27,435 nt of DNA from a virus (lineage: Duplodnaviria; Caudoviricetes), in IMG/VR virus record IMGVR_UViG_3300020044_005099, positions 1-27,435 of that record. One strand, written 5' to 3'. This document shows, piece by piece, positions 23,746 through 27,435 of this stretch. Under the pieces are notes generated by a model, which did not search any database, was not told the DNA's origin, and saw only the letters and a program-made list of their open reading frames with translations. The number at the start of each line of letters is the position of its first letter. Within the stretch, counting starts at the first letter, position 1. Made by a program: the position numbers and the translations under genes.

Positions 23746-24876
23746 TCATTGAGCCAGTCCAGCGCGCCGGAATGCGTCAGCGTCACGCTGGCGTAGCTCA
23801 TCTAGCGTTAAAGTTCTGCCGGCCATGTCGGTGAAGCTGGAGATAGGTAGTTTACCCTCAAGGAATAGCTTTGCGTGTGTTGGTCCAAGCGTATCTTCAA
23901 CAAACCATGACGGCTGCTGCTTGAGCCATGTATCGAATTTGGTATTAGCTTTCACCCGCTCGATTGCAAACTTGTTCAGGTCTTTTCGCCCTTTGTATTT
24001 AGGCTTCTTGCCGGTGCGATCTTCTTGCGCTTTGAATAAGCGCTCAGCCTCTTCGGTATCTTTACCGCCAACAGCAGGCTTCATGCCATCAGGCGATTCT
24101 TGCCCTTCAACCAAAAACAACCACTGCGAGCGGCAACCGAAATGTGCCGGAATTGTCGGATAATCCTTTGCATGAATCGGCCATTTCTTGAGGTGGCGTC
24201 CAGCGCATAAAAGCGTAGTGCGGTTGTCAAGTGTAGCCCAGTAAACTCTTTCACTGAGTAAGTCTTTATTCGATACCGCAAACTGTTCTCGCCCTTCGTT
24301 AGCGTAGAATTGCACGGCGGTTCTGACAAGCGCTTCTGCGTGCCTGCTAAGTAGTCCGTCAGTCAACAGCTTTATCTGCGATGTCATATCTTGCACTGTC
24401 AGACCGTTTCTATATCCGGCAGATACAACGCCTTGAACTCTTCCAATCATTGCGGTTTTATTCTTGCGCACAAAATCAGGCCAAAGACCGGCTTGCGGCG
24501 ACTCACCTTCCGTTAGCGCCATCAGCGCCTTCTGCATCCACTCTTTCACTTGCCGCTGTGGTGGCGTTTTCATCCGGATCCCTGCATAACCACCAATCAG
24601 CTCTGTGTAGTAACTGGATTCGTATACCGCCAATCCGGTTAACTCTTTAGTTGTTTCTTCCCATGCGGATGAGGTTGCAGCGTCAATTGCTTTGGCGATT
24701 GCCTTATTGACCAATGATAGCTTGGTTGGACTGCCAATCGTTTCAGCATCAAGCAGGATAAGTCGCACGGCTTTATATGCTGCGTCATATGATGGAAATA
24801 CGCGGGTGCGCAAAAGCTCAGTAGCGATACGCCCGAGGTAGATGCTGTGACGGTCTAGGTCTTCTGGTAGGCTCAT
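23746..24876 (-). CDS. Minor head/head morphogenesis protein (SPP1 gp7/Mu F-like)
   Basis: LVRTA, ATLDNRTTLLC, PAHFGCRS and WLKQQP...LGP motifs. Confidence 0.9.
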   Translation of the reverse strand: MSLPEDLDRHSIYLGRIATELLRTRVFPSYDAAYKAVRLILLDAETIGSPTKLSLVNKAIAKAIDAATSSAWEETTKELTGLAVYESSYYTELIGGYAGIRMKTPPQRQVKEWMQKALMALTEGESPQAGLWPDFVRKNKTAMIGRVQGVVSAGYRNGLTVQDMTSQIKLLTDGLLSRHAEALVRTAVQFYANEGREQFAVSNKDLLSERVYWATLDNRTTLLCAGRHLKKWPIHAKDYPTIPAHFGCRSQWLFLVEGQESPDGMKPAVGGKDTEEAERLFKAQEDRTGKKPKYKGRKDLNKFAIERVKANTKFDTWLKQQPSWFVEDTLGPTHAKLFLEGKLPISSFTDMAGRTLTLDELRQRDADAFRRAGLAQ

Positions 24877-25151
24877 TTGCTAGCCTCAACAATAAACTGC
24901 CCATCAACGCACTTAATTTTGTATTCTTTGCCATCAGAAATCCGCATAAGCGATATGATGCTGATTTTTTTACCGCTGAATGCAATGCTATAGCTTTCAA
25001 CGCAAAAACCGTTCTTTTCGGATAGCCACCAAGTAAAAGTCATTATTGGAAATAATAACCAGTGCAGCGCCTTTGCTCTTTTGGTTAAAATGCGACCTTC
25101 TACAGCACCTAGTTTTGGCGCTAGCTTTCTGAATATATCGACTCTGCTCAC
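24873..25151 (-). CDS. Hypothetical protein with one hydrophobic segment
   Basis: GGAGG RBS, GTG start overlapping upstream stop. Confidence 0.6.
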   Translation of the reverse strand: MSRVDIFRKLAPKLGAVEGRILTKRAKALHWLLFPIMTFTWWLSEKNGFCVESYSIAFSGKKISIISLMRISDGKEYKIKCVDGQFIVEASK

Positions 25152-25315
25152 TTTGACGCCTCCACAACATGCAGCTTCAAAAGCTCAACGATGCCAACAA
25201 CTGACACCATTGAAAGCTCACCATCATACTCATGAACCAAGTCATGCAGCCGACCATAAAGCTCTTGCTCTTTGCTGAATTTTGGCTGCGCTGGGAATTT
25301 AACGGTGTTGCTCAT
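25148..25315 (-). CDS. 55-aa hypothetical protein MSNTVKFPAQPKFSKEQELYGRLHDLVHEYDGELSMVSVVGIVELLKLHVVEASK
   Basis: AAGGA upstream; overlaps both neighbours; below the ORF-track cutoff. Confidence 0.7.
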   Translation of the reverse strand: MSNTVKFPAQPKFSKEQELYGRLHDLVHEYDGELSMVSVVGIVELLKLHVVEASK

Positions 25316-25481
25316 CAGCCAAATCCTTAATTATCGTTGCCAGTAATTGAATCATCTTATCAGTATCGCCGGTATAAGTCTCGCCATTCGCTAGACGCCT
25401 AATGTCAACGATGCAAATCACATGAAACTCACCTGGTAGCTCAACAACAAAATGCGGCTGTCTTTCGTTTAGCTCAATCAT
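25299..25481 (-). CDS. 60-aa hypothetical protein
   Basis: ATGA overlap with terL stop. Confidence 0.65.
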   Translation of the reverse strand: MIELNERQPHFVVELPGEFHVICIVDIRRLANGETYTGDTDKMIQLLATIIKDLADEQHR

Positions 25482-26722
25482 CCTGCGCGTGGGCCTCTTG
25501 ACATTGGCTTGATGACAGGGAAGGTATAAGCAAGCGGGTAGCCGAAAGCATCTGATTTGTGGTCTAGACCGCTTTTCTTGTCTGGCTCGCCGTTATCGTC
25601 ATAAGCCTGCTGTTCAATACACTTTGCAGTATCTGGGCATCTTAATGAGTTAATCCACAATCTTCCGGCAGAGAATTGGCGATTCACGCAGTTTACTCGG
25701 TCTTTCACTCTCGGGTTTGAATCGTGTGCTCTGACCTCAAAGCCGGCCATCTGAAGCATGTTAATGTCAGAGGTTGATGCACCTTTGCTGCTGGTGTTTT
25801 TGCCGCTTGCATCCGGATAGATGATTATCTTATGCCCTTGCGATTTCCATTTATCATTGATTAGATTAATCATGTACGGCGTATCTTGCCCGTTAGTTAT
25901 CTCTTCAACGCAATGCCAGCCATTAGCGCGCTCAACGAAAATACACGCAGCCATCTTGTTGACGTTAAAGTCCATGCCGATGTGCAGTCTTTCGCCTGCC
26001 TGAATCGATTCTAGGCTGTTTTTGGCTGCTCTATCGTATTCAGGGTAAACGCTACCAGATGTCAAGTTAACAAACTGCCCGCGCAAATACGCCTGAATCA
26101 ATCCGGATGGGTAGGTTTCAAGCAGCGTACTTATGTAGTCGGGTGGTAAATATTCGGCGTTTTCGTATGTTGACGCCTGAACCATTGAATAGCTTGGCGT
26201 CGGGTCTTGTTTGAACTTTTCATAGACAAATAAAAACCCCTCTGGTGTTGTTGTTACACCTATACCGTTTTCAACTCCATCAATCACCAAGCGCAAGCGG
26301 GCAACAATTTTATTCCAAGCATCATGCGCTTTCTTTTTTGGCAGGGTGTCGATTTCATCAACTAATGCGCGGGCGATTTTAAAACCAACGATAGAGCCAG
26401 GATTATCCATTGACCGGCAGATTACCGTGCCGTAATAGACTCTGCCTCGATAAATATGAACTTCTTTATGGCTCTCAATTATCTCAACGCGAAAACCCAT
26501 CAACTCAGCGGCTTCTGAGAATGTCGGATAGAAGATGTCTCGAATAGATGGGTAAGAGGTACCGAAATAACCCTGTACTGTCTTTGGGTGTCTTGCTGAG
26601 AATATCAGCAAGTCCAAGCATCCAACAAACGTCTTCCCGCTACCAAACCCGCCAACGTATGCGCGGTATTTAGTGTTTAAGCCGTTAAGGAATGTATTCT
26701 GCGGCGCGCTAAGACTTAGCAT
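25478..26722 (-). CDS. terL: Terminase large subunit
   Basis: Walker A GGFGSGKT, Walker B ALVDE, coupling motif TTTPEG, nuclease IGMDFN ... DH.SDA. Confidence 0.97.
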   Translation of the reverse strand: MLSLSAPQNTFLNGLNTKYRAYVGGFGSGKTFVGCLDLLIFSARHPKTVQGYFGTSYPSIRDIFYPTFSEAAELMGFRVEIIESHKEVHIYRGRVYYGTVICRSMDNPGSIVGFKIARALVDEIDTLPKKKAHDAWNKIVARLRLVIDGVENGIGVTTTPEGFLFVYEKFKQDPTPSYSMVQASTYENAEYLPPDYISTLLETYPSGLIQAYLRGQFVNLTSGSVYPEYDRAAKNSLESIQAGERLHIGMDFNVNKMAACIFVERANGWHCVEEITNGQDTPYMINLINDKWKSQGHKIIIYPDASGKNTSSKGASTSDINMLQMAGFEVRAHDSNPRVKDRVNCVNRQFSAGRLWINSLRCPDTAKCIEQQAYDDNGEPDKKSGLDHKSDAFGYPLAYTFPVIKPMSRGPRAG

Positions 26723-27140
26723 TCGTTACCGATACATCAGCAACAGGCTGGCGGACTTCGAATGTGACATTAAGCGGGATTGGCTTCTCATCGTCTTTGC
26801 GGTTTTCTGGCTTATCGAAGCCAAGCAATTTAGCCTTACTCATGGTGGCATTAACCGCAGCGGATGACTGAACCGTCTCAGCAGATAAGGCGGCTTTGCG
26901 GGCTTCTTCAAGCTCTTTGAGTAGGTCTTGCAAGGTGATTCCGTGGTTAGCTCGAAGGGCTTCGCGGATTTCATCCACCCTTACTGAAACCTTACTATTC
27001 GAAAGAAGCTCAGAGGCTCTCACGTGAACTGATTCAGGCTTTGCAGTTGAGTTGTATGCTTGTCGGTATGCTTCGCTGGCATTGCCAAGTTGGACGTATA
27101 ACTGGCAGAATTTTTCTTGTTTTGGGTTTAGCTCAGACAC
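26709..27140 (-). CDS. terS: Terminase small subunit
   Basis: L.PKQEKFC..Y...GNASEAYR.AY HTH motif; AAGGAG RBS favours GTG 27140; overlaps terL. Confidence 0.92.
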   Translation of the reverse strand: MSELNPKQEKFCQLYVQLGNASEAYRQAYNSTAKPESVHVRASELLSNSKVSVRVDEIREALRANHGITLQDLLKELEEARKAALSAETVQSSAAVNATMSKAKLLGFDKPENRKDDEKPIPLNVTFEVRQPVADVSVTNAKS

Positions 27141-27159
27141 GGTCTGCACTCCTTAAATC

Positions 27160-27203
27160 GTGGTACAACCACTGGAGTTCAGTATAGCTTGTGCGCGTGA
27201 AAT
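27160..27203 (-). promoter_or_regulatory. Late promoter candidate (GC-TATACT) with GTGG-N5-CCAC palindrome near the start site
   Basis: TATACT 27186-27181; palindrome 27160-27172; no recognisable -35. Confidence 0.5.
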
Positions 27204-27225
27204 AAAAAAGCCTGCTTATGCAGGC
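27204..27225 (-). terminator. Intrinsic terminator upstream of terS
   Basis: GCCTGC-ATAA-GCAGGC followed by TTTTTT. Confidence 0.85.
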
Positions 27226-27380
27226 CTCTTGACTTCGTTTAGAATGTATCCATTGCCTGATGGCAGCAGCTCGCCATCTTTAATCATCCTCTTCGCCACT
27301 TCTCTGCTATTCGACCCTAACTCATCAAGTCGGATAGGGCGCTTTGCTGCGTTGCGTCTAATATTACGATGGAGGCTCAT
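27216..27380 (-). CDS. 54-aa basic hypothetical protein MSLHRNIRRNAAKRPIRLDELGSNSREVAKRMIKDGELLPSGNGYILNEVKRPA
   Basis: GAGGTG RBS, ATGA overlap with upstream stop. Confidence 0.65.
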   Translation of the reverse strand: MSLHRNIRRNAAKRPIRLDELGSNSREVAKRMIKDGELLPSGNGYILNEVKRPA

Positions 27381-27435
27381 GATTCACCTCTTGCTTTGGC
27401 GAGTAGCCAATCAATTTTTGAGCTGTCTAAATACT
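27377..27435 (-). CDS. 3' end of a hypothetical protein (...YLDSSKIDWLLAKARGES*), truncated by window edge
   Basis: Open frame ending in an AKARGE tail common in small phage proteins. Confidence 0.5.
   Translation of the reverse strand, partial: YLDSSKIDWLLAKARGES

Larger units (their letters stand above)
1..27435. mobile_element. Siphovirus-type phage/prophage genome segment (packaging, head, tail and lysis genes plus flanking early-type genes)
   Basis: Co-oriented terminase, portal, capsid, tail, tape measure and lysis genes; no sheath gene; no host housekeeping genes, integrase or att site in the window. Confidence 0.97.

Noticed and set aside
1-27435. tRNA genes, CRISPR arrays, integrase/att sites, introns or alternative genetic code
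   Set aside because: None recognised by eye; core genes translate full-length in the standard code, and lifestyle cannot be determined from this window

Overview
About 27 kb of a tailed dsDNA phage or prophage with a siphovirus-type (long, non-contractile) tail. The spanin pair implies a Gram-negative host. The minus strand carries a near-complete late region, read right to left: terS, terL, three small ORFs, SPP1-gp7/Mu-F-like minor head protein, portal, scaffold, major capsid protein, a 55-aa protein, an accessory module (765-aa beta-rich/SGNH-esterase protein, 140 aa, 105 aa, 19-aa micropeptide), a 104-aa ORF, two membrane proteins, head-tail connectors, major tail protein, a tail chaperone with an A-AAA-AAG -1 frameshift, a 1564-aa tape measure protein, a minimal tail tip/fibre cluster and a lysis cassette (permuted papain-like amidase, M15A endolysin, holin, embedded spanins). 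Short early-type genes on the plus strand converge on the lysis cassette at the left end. The most unusual observations are: (i) an identical 9-aa peptide ATKKQKPKG encoded twice with different synonymous codons on either side of the accessory head module, once as an unannotated 19-aa micro-ORF upstream of a multi-TM/holin-like pair; (ii) a duplicated divergent-promoter cassette built on an AGTGG-N5-CCACT palindrome, driving a secreted moron protein in one copy and an apparently non-coding ~130-nt antisense RNA in the other; (iii) a pseudoknot/kissing-loop-capable leader before the tail chaperone; (iv) a signal-peptide protein inside the tail-fibre cluster. All protein family calls come from motif recognition and synteny, not database searches.
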